From the NCBI GenBank assembly GCA_028286645.1, contig JAQBRF010000004.1, forward strand, positions 273,536 to 337,535: a DNA stretch of 64,000 nt. Direction: 5' to 3'. The DNA is from Candidatus Nomurabacteria bacterium (GTDB lineage Bacteria; Patescibacteriota; Minisyncoccia; Phycocordibacterales; UBA5272). The position numbers and the translations under genes were made by a program. Of the stretch, positions 53,774 to 63,201 are shown one piece after another (position 1 is the stretch's first letter; each line of letters starts with the position of its first letter). The notes under the pieces were generated by a model. That model had not been told where the DNA came from. It saw nothing but the letters and a program-made list of their open reading frames with translations, and did not search any database.

Positions 53774-55321
53774 TTATTGTGGTAAATTTACTGGCGCAAT
53801 ACCCTTCGTGCTATCAATACGTGGAAGAGTAGGAGTAGTAGCAACCAATCCTGGGAAGTGCCAAAGGCTGGCGATCTCTTCAAGGTTTAAAACAGATAAT
53901 CCTTCAGGCTCAACTCGGGAAAATGGATGGAGAAATATTTGATATAGCATAAAAAACGTTTTTCTTGCTTTCATTGAACTTGACCAGAAGAAATCATCGG
54001 CCCATCTAGACATAAATTTAGATTCATGGACCATCGGCATTATCCCCTCTCTTTCTACATAAGCATCGAACAACTCCTCACTTCTCCACGGCACTCGTCT
54101 TTTACCAGTATCTTCCCAGGGGTAATCATACGGGTCTGTTGGAAGTGGGCTGAATGAATTGCCGGCAGGAAGTCCGTATGGCTTCAAAACCCCTAGCACG
54201 TTTTGGATGTGTGCGGGATTAAAATTCTCCTTCTTAGTAATATAAATAAGCCTGATTGCTGAAGCTAAAAGCGGCTTGCTCATCTTTTTATTTATTAAAT
54301 CAATTTCATTTTTATCTTCTGCATTAAGCTCGTTTTCTTTTTTGTATATAACAACATTTGATTCATATTTTATAGGAACAGTAGTAGGTTTCCCTCCTAC
54401 CTCGGTCGCGGGAACTGTTCTTGTTTCCACTCCGCCGTATTTACTTACAGCATCTGATCCTTTTTGCATTACATCAGCTATTCTTATTTGCTCTCTCCTT
54501 TCCTTGGCCATATCAGAAACTGAGTACTCTTTCTTTAGCCCATCTTTGATTTTATTTTTAAAAAGTTTCGGGAACTTCTTTCCATTAAAGTTGCCTTCGT
54601 CTGACACAACTATCTGAAACCACGCATGCTCACCCTTCCCTAAACTTCCCATGAATTCAAGGATTGTGTTTATTGGGTCCACCTTATGTTCTTCCTTAGG
54701 ATTTTCCTCAAGCTTGTAGTCAACATATGTTTTAAGAGGGTACATGTCTGCTTTCATTTCTTCTTTCGGATTTTCTGTTTTCTTTCCAGTAGCTTTTACA
54801 GTAGGAGACCATTTTTTACTCAATGAATGTGTAGCACCCCAAAGAGACACATCCTTAGTTAGGTGGTGATACCGAATAAGACTTGTATAGTCTGGCGCCT
54901 CCACGATCTCTATTCCTGGATAATGCGCATAAAGACTGGCTTCCATTATTGGACGGTATTTCTTTTCAACCCGCAAATAAAAATGCACAATGCCTTCAAT
55001 TGAGGCAATTTCAAGAGAGCTATAAACAGGTATATTCCCTTTAAAGTACTTTTTATACCAAACACTCACCCCCCCGCTTTGCAAAAGAGAATGAAGCGCT
55101 GTTTCCATCGCAACTGGGGACTTATCTATTTCTCGAGGTAATTTAATGTCTAGCAGCACCCACGATAAAGAGTTTATATATTTCTGATTTACATAATAAA
55201 CCCATAAACGCCAAATCCAGGCGCTTAATATGAGAAATATAATTATATAGATGACACTAAGGACGGTATCAATCAAAAACTGCATGAATAAAAGTATAAC
55301 ACGGGCAGTTTCTAGTTTCAT
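53774..55321 (-). CDS. hypothetical membrane protein (515 aa)
   Basis: Two N-terminal TM helices plus a large soluble region with no recognised motif. Confidence 0.4.
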   Translation of the reverse strand: MKLETARVILLFMQFLIDTVLSVIYIIIFLILSAWIWRLWVYYVNQKYINSLSWVLLDIKLPREIDKSPVAMETALHSLLQSGGVSVWYKKYFKGNIPVYSSLEIASIEGIVHFYLRVEKKYRPIMEASLYAHYPGIEIVEAPDYTSLIRYHHLTKDVSLWGATHSLSKKWSPTVKATGKKTENPKEEMKADMYPLKTYVDYKLEENPKEEHKVDPINTILEFMGSLGKGEHAWFQIVVSDEGNFNGKKFPKLFKNKIKDGLKKEYSVSDMAKERREQIRIADVMQKGSDAVSKYGGVETRTVPATEVGGKPTTVPIKYESNVVIYKKENELNAEDKNEIDLINKKMSKPLLASAIRLIYITKKENFNPAHIQNVLGVLKPYGLPAGNSFSPLPTDPYDYPWEDTGKRRVPWRSEELFDAYVEREGIMPMVHESKFMSRWADDFFWSSSMKARKTFFMLYQIFLHPFSRVEPEGLSVLNLEEIASLWHFPGLVATTPTLPRIDSTKGIAPVNLPQ

Positions 55322-55408
55322 GTTTCAAGAAAATACCAAGAGAATATAAAGTAAAGAAAAGCGCCTTAAGGCGCTTTTCTTTCTATGAACTTGAAACCGG
55401 AAACTAGT

Positions 55409-56437
55409 TTATGCCAATGTGTAATCTCCGGCTACTTTTCTGAAATATTTTGAATTTTGCAAGTTAACGAGGATTGTATTTGGCTTAACAATTCTCTTTG
55501 TAAGCACTCTTTTGATGATCTCCTCTTTTGAAAGAGGTCTGCCTGATTCTTTAAGTACTTCTGCGATAACATCTCGGACAACTCCGCCTGTGTGGCCCCA
55601 GTCTTTAAGACCATACATTCCACGCCCCACTAAAACAAAGCGAGGATCCTTAATAAGCTCGTTATGGCAGGTTGCAACATGAGCCTTCTTTCCAAAGGTT
55701 TTATTAATTTCCAAAGCAACTTCCTTAAAGTGCATGGGCTCTCCTCGGCGGCGCATTATTAAGTATGCATAATCTTTAATTCCTCGAGCTTTAACATGAG
55801 GAGATGAAGTTCTTCCCCATTCATTTAACTGATTTTTACCTATCACCTTAGAAAGCGCTAAATATCTGTAAATAACTTCTTTGTTACCTTTATATTCAGA
55901 AATAAGATCAGATAGATGTGTCATGAATCGATTGAAAATCTCTTCTTCCGTAACTAAATCTTTCTCACTGATAGAGCTGTATAACTTATTTAAAGCCTCT
56001 CGTACATTCGTGGCTGTTTTTTCATCAATAGTCCAGTGATACTTAAAAGCGTCATCTTCCTTATGCTTTTTAAATTCATCGCTTAATGCTAAATAAAGAT
56101 TGATATGGTTTTGAACTACAGGATCTTTAGAAATATGTTTCATGAGGTGTTCCTCTGAAACTACACCGCCAAGCTCCTTGACGATTTTCTTAAGTTCTTC
56201 AAATATGAATTGATGTTCTCTATATTCCTTAGATTTCTTAATTGTAGAAAGAGCGAAGTTTTCAATCTGACGAACTCGCTCACGAGTAATGTCATAAGTC
56301 TTACCGATGGCTTCGAGGGTCATGCGATTCTCTCCTTCTAGACCATAACGATTAACCACGATCTCTCGAGTTCGCGGATTAAGCGTCGTTAGAAGCTTTT
56401 TTGAAACGGTTTTTGGCTTGAAAGTGATACTAGACAT
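55409..56437 (-). CDS. sigma-70 region-4-like HTH domain protein with a ~270-aa C-terminal extension of unknown function
   Basis: N-terminal LNPRTREIVVNRYGLEGENRMTLEAIGKTYDITRERVRQIENFAL matches the sigma70 r4 consensus. No region 2 is present. Confidence 0.5.
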   Translation of the reverse strand: MSSITFKPKTVSKKLLTTLNPRTREIVVNRYGLEGENRMTLEAIGKTYDITRERVRQIENFALSTIKKSKEYREHQFIFEELKKIVKELGGVVSEEHLMKHISKDPVVQNHINLYLALSDEFKKHKEDDAFKYHWTIDEKTATNVREALNKLYSSISEKDLVTEEEIFNRFMTHLSDLISEYKGNKEVIYRYLALSKVIGKNQLNEWGRTSSPHVKARGIKDYAYLIMRRRGEPMHFKEVALEINKTFGKKAHVATCHNELIKDPRFVLVGRGMYGLKDWGHTGGVVRDVIAEVLKESGRPLSKEEIIKRVLTKRIVKPNTILVNLQNSKYFRKVAGDYTLA

Positions 56438-56490
56438 AATTATTATTACTATTTAACGTGCTTCTATTCTACTATAACTTGCCAAATTAG

Positions 56491-59358
56491 TCAAATCACT
56501 ATATTTATAAGCCTATTTTGCACGTAAATTACCTTTTCAGGAATCTTATCCCCAACATACTTTTGGTATATTTCGTGTTTTTGGGCTCCTTCTAGGGCCG
56601 TCTTTTCATCAGAATCCCGAGGAATTTCATACGTTCCTCTCATTTTTCCTCCTATCTGGAGAGTTATCGTAACTATTTCTTCCATTAAGAACTTTTCATC
56701 ATACTTCGGCCAATTACTCTTATGAACAGAGGCACTTTCCCCCATCTCCCCCCAAATATATTCCGTGATATGGGGAGCAAAAGGGGCAAGTATCTTAAGA
56801 AGCGAAATATAATCTTCTTTTGTAAAAGAGGCCTTCTCCATTTCATTTACAAGAATCATCATTTGAGATACAGCAGTGTTAAATTTAAAGCTTTCGATAT
56901 CTTCTCCGACTTTCTTTATGGTTTTATGAAGCATCGATTGAACTTCACTTTCTCCCGCTATTTTTCCCTTTAAGGCAAATACTCTGTCTAGAAACTTATC
57001 TGATCCCTTGATGCTCGTAGTGCTCCAAGAGGCTGTTTGATCAAAAGGCGCCATAAACATTTCATAGACCCTGAGAGTGTCTGCTCCATATTCCTTGACC
57101 ACATCATCAGGGTTGATAACATTTCCCCATCTCTTACTCATCTTCCTTCCGTCTTCCGCCAATATAAAACCCAGGAATTCTAATCGTGAAAATGGTTCAA
57201 TTGTAGATACTACGCCAATATCATATAAGAACTTATGCCAGAACCTTGCATATATCAGATGCCTTGTCGCATGATCCCCTCCCACATAAACATCTACAGG
57301 AAGCCATGCTTTTTCAATGCTCTTATCAATAAGCGTATTTGTATTATGCGGATCTGCGAATCTTAAATAATACCAAGATGACCCAGCCCATTGCGGCATG
57401 GTATTTGTTTCTCTCTTAAAAATCTTTCCTTCAGGAGATGACTTGAATTTCCCTTCTTCCGTTATAAATCCCTTTACTTCGACCCATTCTTTTATATCTG
57501 CCAAAGGAGATTCACCGTTACCGGTAGGCTCATAACTTTCGACTTCCGGCAATATAACAGGAAGCTCGCTATCATCTACCATATATACTTTATCTTCTTC
57601 GTCACGGACCACAGGAAATGGTTCTCCCCAGTATCTTTGTCGGGCAAAGACCCAGTCTTCCAGTTTATATTTTTTTACTTTAACCCCCCCTAAATCATTT
57701 ACAATCTTTTCCTTAGCATCACCGCTTTCCATTCCATCATACTGATTTGAATTAACAACTATCCCAGTACCGGTATATGCAAAGTCTTGCTTGAACTTCA
57801 ATCTTTCAAGCCAAAAAGGAAGTTCTGAATTAATCATCTTTCCAGGAACAAAATCTTTTTCATCAATCCAAAGTATTTCATTTCCTTCATCTTCTGCTAT
57901 AGGCACTTGGGTATCTCCTATAAGTTCAAAATAAAGTCCGGTACTAATCGAAATGCGATTTTCATCTTTATGAGCGGCGAAATATCCTGCTTGAACCGGA
58001 TCTCCTAACTTCCTCTTAAATTCAATATCAATATATCCAGTCTCTTCTTTTATCTCTCTCTTTGCAGCTTCTATAAGGTCTTCACCCTCTTCTATTCCCC
58101 CGATCACGACCGTATCCCATCCATGCTTTTGATTTCTTAAAATTAAATACTTCTTATTTTTAGGATCATAAACAATAGCATGCACATTAGTCCTGGTAAC
58201 GGTCTTTTTATCATCTCTTGGAGAATTTACTGTGTCTATAACATAAGGGCGTATCACTTCTTTTATCGGCAAATTATATTTCTTTGCAAATTCAAAATCC
58301 CTCTCATCGTGAGCTGGTACCGCCATAATTGCACCTGTGCCCACCCCTCCTAAAACATAATTAGCTATCCATACAGGAACTTTCTCTCCATTTGCTGGGT
58401 TTTGTGCGTAGATATTTGTAAATATTCCTTTTTTCTCAGGAATAATTGAATAATCTTTTTCGGTTATTTTTCGCTCTTCAAGCAATTCATCTATAAAACT
58501 CTTTACATCCGCATTTGCCTTCCATCCCATATTAAGCCAGCTATTAGCAAGTAGAGGAGATATCGCTACATACGTCACGCCAAATATAGTATCAGAACGC
58601 GTAGTAAATATTTTTACATTATGCTCTCCGTGGTGCTGGCCAGATATCCCTGTAAGATTAAAAGTAAACTCAGCTCCCTCAGATTTGCCTATCCAATTCT
58701 TTTGAGCAAGTTTAATTCCTTCCGGCCAATTAAGCTCATCTAAATCTTTAATTAATCTGTCAGCATAATCTGTGATTTTAAGCACCCACTGGCGAATGGG
58801 CTTTTTCTCTACAGGGGTATGGCATCGTTCACATTCCCCATTTTCCACATCTTCATTTGCCAAACCAGTTTTACATGTCGGGCACCAGTTAATTGGCTCG
58901 TTTGATTCATATGCAAGACCCTTCTCATACATCTTAGTAAAAATCCATTGGGTCCACTTATAAAATTCCGGATCTGTGGTATTTATTTCTCGAGACCAGT
59001 CATAATCTAGTCCAATATTTGCAAGCTGGCTCTTAAAATTGGCTATATTTTTTTCAACAGCAGCGCGCGGATGAACCTTATTTTTTAAAGCAAATTGTTC
59101 TGCTGGAAGTCCGAAAGCGTCCCAGCCCATTGGATGAAGTACATCAAATCCGTTCATCCTTTTAAATCTAGAGTAAATATCTGTTGCTATATAACCCTTA
59201 GGATGGCCTACATGCAAACCTTCGCCAGAGGGATACGGGAACATGTCCAAAATATAGACCTTTTTACTTTCTGGAAATTCTTTTGTTTTGTATATGCCAC
59301 TTTCTTGCCACTTTTTTTCAAGCTCTTTGTCTATCTTCTCGTGATCATAGGATTTCAT
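56491..59358 (-). CDS. leuS: leucyl-tRNA synthetase carrying an inserted NUDIX hydrolase domain
   Basis: HVGHPKGY (HIGH), editing-domain TTRSDT and AVPAHDERD, KMSKR (KMSKS), anticodon-binding C-terminus. Between IKEVI and TGTGIVVNS (aa ~371-528, nt ~57775-58248) lies a domain with a perfect Nudix box GGIEEGEDLIEAAKREIKEETGY. Confidence 0.9.
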   Translation of the reverse strand: MKSYDHEKIDKELEKKWQESGIYKTKEFPESKKVYILDMFPYPSGEGLHVGHPKGYIATDIYSRFKRMNGFDVLHPMGWDAFGLPAEQFALKNKVHPRAAVEKNIANFKSQLANIGLDYDWSREINTTDPEFYKWTQWIFTKMYEKGLAYESNEPINWCPTCKTGLANEDVENGECERCHTPVEKKPIRQWVLKITDYADRLIKDLDELNWPEGIKLAQKNWIGKSEGAEFTFNLTGISGQHHGEHNVKIFTTRSDTIFGVTYVAISPLLANSWLNMGWKANADVKSFIDELLEERKITEKDYSIIPEKKGIFTNIYAQNPANGEKVPVWIANYVLGGVGTGAIMAVPAHDERDFEFAKKYNLPIKEVIRPYVIDTVNSPRDDKKTVTRTNVHAIVYDPKNKKYLILRNQKHGWDTVVIGGIEEGEDLIEAAKREIKEETGYIDIEFKRKLGDPVQAGYFAAHKDENRISISTGLYFELIGDTQVPIAEDEGNEILWIDEKDFVPGKMINSELPFWLERLKFKQDFAYTGTGIVVNSNQYDGMESGDAKEKIVNDLGGVKVKKYKLEDWVFARQRYWGEPFPVVRDEEDKVYMVDDSELPVILPEVESYEPTGNGESPLADIKEWVEVKGFITEEGKFKSSPEGKIFKRETNTMPQWAGSSWYYLRFADPHNTNTLIDKSIEKAWLPVDVYVGGDHATRHLIYARFWHKFLYDIGVVSTIEPFSRLEFLGFILAEDGRKMSKRWGNVINPDDVVKEYGADTLRVYEMFMAPFDQTASWSTTSIKGSDKFLDRVFALKGKIAGESEVQSMLHKTIKKVGEDIESFKFNTAVSQMMILVNEMEKASFTKEDYISLLKILAPFAPHITEYIWGEMGESASVHKSNWPKYDEKFLMEEIVTITLQIGGKMRGTYEIPRDSDEKTALEGAQKHEIYQKYVGDKIPEKVIYVQNRLINIVI

Positions 59359-59435
59359 ATTACTATACTAACAAATGCCAATCATAAACAAAAGCACCTA
59401 TTATGTATGAGTGCTTTTATTTATGAATTTTAAAC

Positions 59436-60560
59436 TTATCTTACGCCGGAATACATCGATGCATCAATAATTCTCTTGAAACATGTTTCTCCTGTGCCGT
59501 GATTCCAAAAGGGTGATTGGTCCCCTTCGTAATAATAATTTGACACCGAGTAGAAACTGTCTGTTGCTACGCTCTTTGCCAGAGGCACATTCATACCTCT
59601 GTTGTCATACTCACGAACAGTATCAAATGTGGCGCATATTTCGAAGATGGCTGGAGTTACAAGTTCTTTCTTATTTAATGTGTAATTCATTTTTATTACT
59701 GGCTGCTGAATCACTTTATATGTATAAGATTCCTTTGTAACAGGATCTGCGGGTACTGTGTAGCCGGCAAATGAGTTATTAAGATCATCTGTTGTTTGGG
59801 GAAGTTTTTCTGTCGTCTGGAAACGAGTATAAACTTCTTGCTGAATACGCGATAAATCCGAGAGACGAGTATTGTCTAACTTCTTTGCTCTCATTTCTGC
59901 TGGAGAGCCAATTGTTATAACACTCCACGCCACAGCCCATATTACAAGAATCGTAGCGATTATAGTGGAAATAACCGGAGCAACGGTCTTAACAGCATAA
60001 TCTCTCCTTAGAGAGTAGAAATAGTAGGCAAATACAGCTAGAGCCACTACAAATACCGCGAGAGCCTTGTATCCGAAACGCACAGATAGCTCGCCTCCTA
60101 AATACGTATAAATTATAGAAACAAGCGTCCCTATTAAAGTACATATGGTAATAAACAGCGCTGCATAAATCATAAGTCTTCGCACTGGTAAATCTCTTTT
60201 ATATATAAATTTATTTATATCGCGCGCAACAAACCATGAAAGAAGCAGGTAAACGGGATACATAACGACAAGAGATGCAATGGCAAGTCTTATATCGCTA
60301 TTATAAATATCCGCATACTGATACCCTGAAATAATATCCGGGAATCTTTTATCAATTGCCGCAAATATCATTTGTAAAAGATTCGTCACACTGACTACTA
60401 AGGTTATAACTATTCCTAAATAAACAAATACATCAAGTGCTTTTGTTTTGGTTTCATTCATGTGATTACTTTTACTTATAAGAGAATAAACTAAATATAA
60501 ACCCCCAAATATAACTATTAAAATGATAAGGCCGACTATTGCCAAGATTGTTGCTATCAT
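59436..60560 (-). CDS. polytopic membrane protein with a C-terminal extracytoplasmic domain (hypothetical)
   Basis: About 7 TM helices, then a roughly 170-aa soluble domain. Confidence 0.4.
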   Translation of the reverse strand: MIATILAIVGLIILIVIFGGLYLVYSLISKSNHMNETKTKALDVFVYLGIVITLVVSVTNLLQMIFAAIDKRFPDIISGYQYADIYNSDIRLAIASLVVMYPVYLLLSWFVARDINKFIYKRDLPVRRLMIYAALFITICTLIGTLVSIIYTYLGGELSVRFGYKALAVFVVALAVFAYYFYSLRRDYAVKTVAPVISTIIATILVIWAVAWSVITIGSPAEMRAKKLDNTRLSDLSRIQQEVYTRFQTTEKLPQTTDDLNNSFAGYTVPADPVTKESYTYKVIQQPVIKMNYTLNKKELVTPAIFEICATFDTVREYDNRGMNVPLAKSVATDSFYSVSNYYYEGDQSPFWNHGTGETCFKRIIDASMYSGVR

Positions 60561-60598
60561 CCGGCCATTCTAACACTTTATATGTTATAGTAAAATTT

Positions 60599-61057
60599 AT
60601 GAAAGATCCCCGGGAAAATGACCTTGAAAATATAGCCCTTTCCATAACTCGGGCGGTTGGATCAGTCGCCTCAGTTATAGTTCATACCCTTCTTTTTATA
60701 GGGGCATTTGTTTTGGTTTTTTTAGGAGTTAATTTCGATCGCGTTCTTCTGGTTCTTACAACAATAGTGTCGCTCGAAGCTATTTACCTTTCTATCTTTA
60801 TCCAGATCAGTGTAAATCATCAGGCAAAAGCTCTCGCCAGCGTTGAAAAAGATGTTGAAGATATTGCGGAGGGAGTTGAAGAAATAGCAGAAGATGTAGA
60901 AGAAATTCAGGAAGACGTTGAGGGTATTCAAGAAGATATGGAAGACATTCAAGAAAATGTCGAAGAAATTCAAGAAAACGTGGAAGACCTGCAGGAAGCC
61001 GACGAATTATTAGAGAATGATTCTGAATCGGACTTTCTAAAAAAGGTAAACAGCTAA
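60599..61057 (+). CDS. DUF1003-family membrane protein with a C-terminal acidic 7-aa tandem-repeat tail
   Basis: VSLEAIYLSIFIQISVNHQAK matches the DUF1003 core. Tail (VEDIAEG/VEEIAED/VEEIQED...) repeats seven times. Start chosen at MKDPREN. Confidence 0.55.
   Translation: MKDPRENDLENIALSITRAVGSVASVIVHTLLFIGAFVLVFLGVNFDRVLLVLTTIVSLEAIYLSIFIQISVNHQAKALASVEKDVEDIAEGVEEIAEDVEEIQEDVEGIQEDMEDIQENVEEIQENVEDLQEADELLENDSESDFLKKVNS
60835..60990 (+). repeat. 21-bp imperfect tandem repeat, about 7 copies (GAAGAAATTCAAGAAAATGTC-like)
   Basis: It encodes the acidic heptad tail of the DUF1003 protein. Confidence 0.6.
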
Positions 61058-61059
61058 AA

Positions 61060-61398
61060 TTATTCAAATACATGCAATACCCAGTTTATTATTGAGAGCA
61101 CTATTGAAAACCAAATTGCCATAAGTAAAGATGGGATATGAAATCCTGGAACGATAGAGCTGGCGAGAAGGACCATTAATCCATTTATTACAAAAGAAAA
61201 CAGCCCGAGAGTAAGAATGGTGATCGGAAGAGAAACAATGTGAAGTACTGGCTTAAGAGTATGGTTAACCACGGCGAGAACTATTGCTACCAATAATGCA
61301 GTAAGCCCCGTGCTCCATGCTAAAACAATCGGAACCCCAACTTTGGTGATATAGCTGGCTATTAAAACTGCGGCTGTTCTGATTAGAATGTAAATCAT
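61060..61398 (-). CDS. PF04020-type (phage holin family 4 / YvlD-like) small membrane protein
   Basis: LPITILTLGLFSFVINGLMVLLASSIVPGF fits the family consensus. 112 aa, 3-4 TM helices. Confidence 0.55.
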   Translation of the reverse strand: MIYILIRTAAVLIASYITKVGVPIVLAWSTGLTALLVAIVLAVVNHTLKPVLHIVSLPITILTLGLFSFVINGLMVLLASSIVPGFHIPSLLMAIWFSIVLSIINWVLHVFE

Positions 61399-61403
61399 GG
61401 AAT

Positions 61404-61510
61404 TAGATTTTAGATTATAGATGATGCAGGACTCTCTAATTATCCAACATCTACAGGTTAATGTCTAATGGCTTATGTATTTTTTTGGATTTATCTAAAA
61501 TCTACAATCT
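61404..61510. mobile_element. MITE-like ~105-bp element with ATTAGATTTTAGAT / ATCTAAAATCTACAATCTAAT inverted termini (family member Y)
   Basis: Terminal inverted repeats share the TAGATTTTAGA core with the element at 48812..49056. Confidence 0.35.
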
Positions 61511-61515
61511 AATAT

Positions 61516-61770
61516 TTAGTTTATGGCCCCCTCTGACTTCAAAAGGGTAAGTTTAGCTTTGCTTCCTCCCCTATTATAATTCCCAATTTTTCCATCACTT
61601 CTTATAACTCTGTGGCATGGAATATTTAAATCAAAATTTTTGCTCATTAAATTTCCCACCGCTCGCGATGCACCTGGATGGCCGGCTTTTGTAGCGACCT
61701 CTTTATAAGTCATCGTCTTTCCTTTAGGAATAGTCGCTACGATTTTATTTATTTTGTCTCGGAAATTCAT
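61516..61770 (-). CDS. methylated-DNA-protein-cysteine methyltransferase, DNA-binding/active-site domain only (MGMT_C)
   Basis: HPGASRAVGNLMSKN...IPCHRVIRSDGKIGNY carries the PCHR active-site Cys. 84 aa. Confidence 0.7.
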   Translation of the reverse strand: MNFRDKINKIVATIPKGKTMTYKEVATKAGHPGASRAVGNLMSKNFDLNIPCHRVIRSDGKIGNYNRGGSKAKLTLLKSEGAIN

Positions 61771-61788
61771 AATGGATAGTTATAGATT

Positions 61789-62178
61789 TTATTTTGTAGA
61801 TGTTAGTAATGCCTGTACTTCTTTTAATTCTTCTTCTGTTGCTGGAGTTTGATTCCTTTCATCAATTTGATAAGGCCCGGTAGTCGGAACTAAATGTATA
61901 TGTGCATGTGGAACTAAATAACCATCAACTATAACCCCGATTCTTGCAGAATTTAATTTTTTCTTTAAAAGTTGGGAGATGTCTTTACAAGCGCTCATTA
62001 GATTGAGATATACATCCTCCGGCAGATCAAATAAATCATCAACTTCTATTTTCGGCACTACCAATGTATGCCCTCTTTGTATTGGGTTAATATCTAAAAA
62101 AGCACAAACATCCTCATCTTCGTATATTTTATATCCCGGGATTTCTTCATTTATAATTTTAGTGAAAATCGTACTCAT
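61789..62178 (-). CDS. HIT-family (histidine triad) nucleotide hydrolase
   Basis: HAHIHLVP triad. N-terminal IFTKIINEEIP. Confidence 0.85.
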   Translation of the reverse strand: MSTIFTKIINEEIPGYKIYEDEDVCAFLDINPIQRGHTLVVPKIEVDDLFDLPEDVYLNLMSACKDISQLLKKKLNSARIGVIVDGYLVPHAHIHLVPTTGPYQIDERNQTPATEEELKEVQALLTSTK

Positions 62179-62190
62179 GTTTTTAGTTTA

Positions 62191-62568
62191 CTATTTATTT
62201 TCTTCAAAATCCAAACACACTGAATTCATGCAATATCGCTTGCCTGTCTCAGTTGGTCCGTCATCAAAAACATGGCCTAAGTGGGAATGGCATAGAGCGC
62301 ACCTAGCTTCTGTTCTCTTCATTCCCAATTTAGTATCGTCTACATACTCAATAGCTCCGGGAAGCGCTATATCAAATGAAGGCCACCCAGTTCCAGAATC
62401 AAATTTCGTGTCAGATGAGAATAGCGGAGTTCCACATACTTTACATAAAAACCTACCCTCTCTTTTTTCATTTAGAAGCGCTCCTGTAAAAGGTGTTTCT
62501 GTTCCGCCTTCAAGCAAAACTTTCTTTTCTTCATCTGATAATTGTTTTTTTCTTTCTTCTATATCCAT
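62191..62568 (-). CDS. msrB: peptide-methionine (R)-S-oxide reductase MsrB
   Basis: CxxC...CxxC zinc site and the RCALCHSHLGHVFDDGP catalytic motif. Confidence 0.9.
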   Translation of the reverse strand: MDIEERKKQLSDEEKKVLLEGGTETPFTGALLNEKREGRFLCKVCGTPLFSSDTKFDSGTGWPSFDIALPGAIEYVDDTKLGMKRTEARCALCHSHLGHVFDDGPTETGKRYCMNSVCLDFEENK

Positions 62569-62570
62569 TA

Positions 62571-62612
62571 AAACAGTTTACAGGTTGTAGTTACAAGTTT
62601 CCAGTAAGGAAT
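62571..62612 (-). promoter_or_regulatory. conserved ~38-nt leader element abutting the msrB start codon (copy 2 of 2)
   Basis: Minus strand reads CTTACTGGAAACTTGTAACTACAACCTGTAAACTGTTTTA-ATG. Compare 36774..36813. Confidence 0.45.
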
Positions 62613-62627
62613 TATTGGAGAAATAAG

Positions 62628-63173
62628 CTAAATTAACTTTCTAACTTGCGCGATGCGCTCTTCTCGTGAACCTGAAATAACTTTAATAGTTATATTATTT
62701 TTCCGTGCCAGATCGAATAATACTTTTAAAAAATTATTATTTACATTGTCTATATATGATTTATCTAAATCTCTCGTGCCTTTATTAACCAAAGGTACAG
62801 ATAGAGCTGTTGGGATAAATAAATACATGTCTACTGTTTGTAGTGTATCTTTCAGGAAGGTTTCTGTCTCATCCACGAACCACTTTGGAATATTACCCGC
62901 TTCGTACTGCACATACGTATAAACATAATTATCTACCATACATCTATCAAATATTACGTTATGCTCGGTATTTTGCCGCATTTGCTCAAAAAGGTAATCC
63001 CTTATTTCTTTCTGGGTCTCAAGGGTAGTAAGTTGATTTATATTTAAACCTTTCTCTTTTACAATATCTCTGTGTGTTTTTTCAGGAGTCTGATAGTTTG
63101 GAAATTCCTTTAAAAAATCTTCAATGAATGAAGTTTTCCCTGTGTTCTGTGGTCCTGTTACCGCTATTCTCAT
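62628..63173 (-). CDS. P-loop NTPase (AAA_28/NadR-kinase-like)
   Basis: Walker A IAVTGPQNTGKTSF. Start set at MRIAV to avoid a 32-nt overlap with msrA; the track ORF extends to 63233. Confidence 0.45.
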   Translation of the reverse strand: MRIAVTGPQNTGKTSFIEDFLKEFPNYQTPEKTHRDIVKEKGLNINQLTTLETQKEIRDYLFEQMRQNTEHNVIFDRCMVDNYVYTYVQYEAGNIPKWFVDETETFLKDTLQTVDMYLFIPTALSVPLVNKGTRDLDKSYIDNVNNNFLKVLFDLARKNNITIKVISGSREERIAQVRKLI

Positions 63174-63201
63174 ACACTCAAGTATAACAGGAAGAAAATT
63201 C

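Noticed and set aside
61060-61398. Prophage, suggested by the holin-family protein
   Set aside because: PF04020-type proteins occur as chromosomal YvlD-like membrane proteins. There are no adjacent endolysin, terminase, capsid or integrase genes. The neighbours are msrA/msrB, HIT and MGMT.
1050-62922. Numerous 60-170-aa antisense ORFs embedded in long genes, for example 1050..1262, 3420..3638, 8622..9053, 29493..29996, 31079..31423, 42838..43377, 45519..45740, 54276..54617 and 59483..59740
   Set aside because: They lie entirely within well-supported genes on the opposite strand. They are low-complexity or hydrophobic translations typical of AT-rich antisense frames. They have no RBS.
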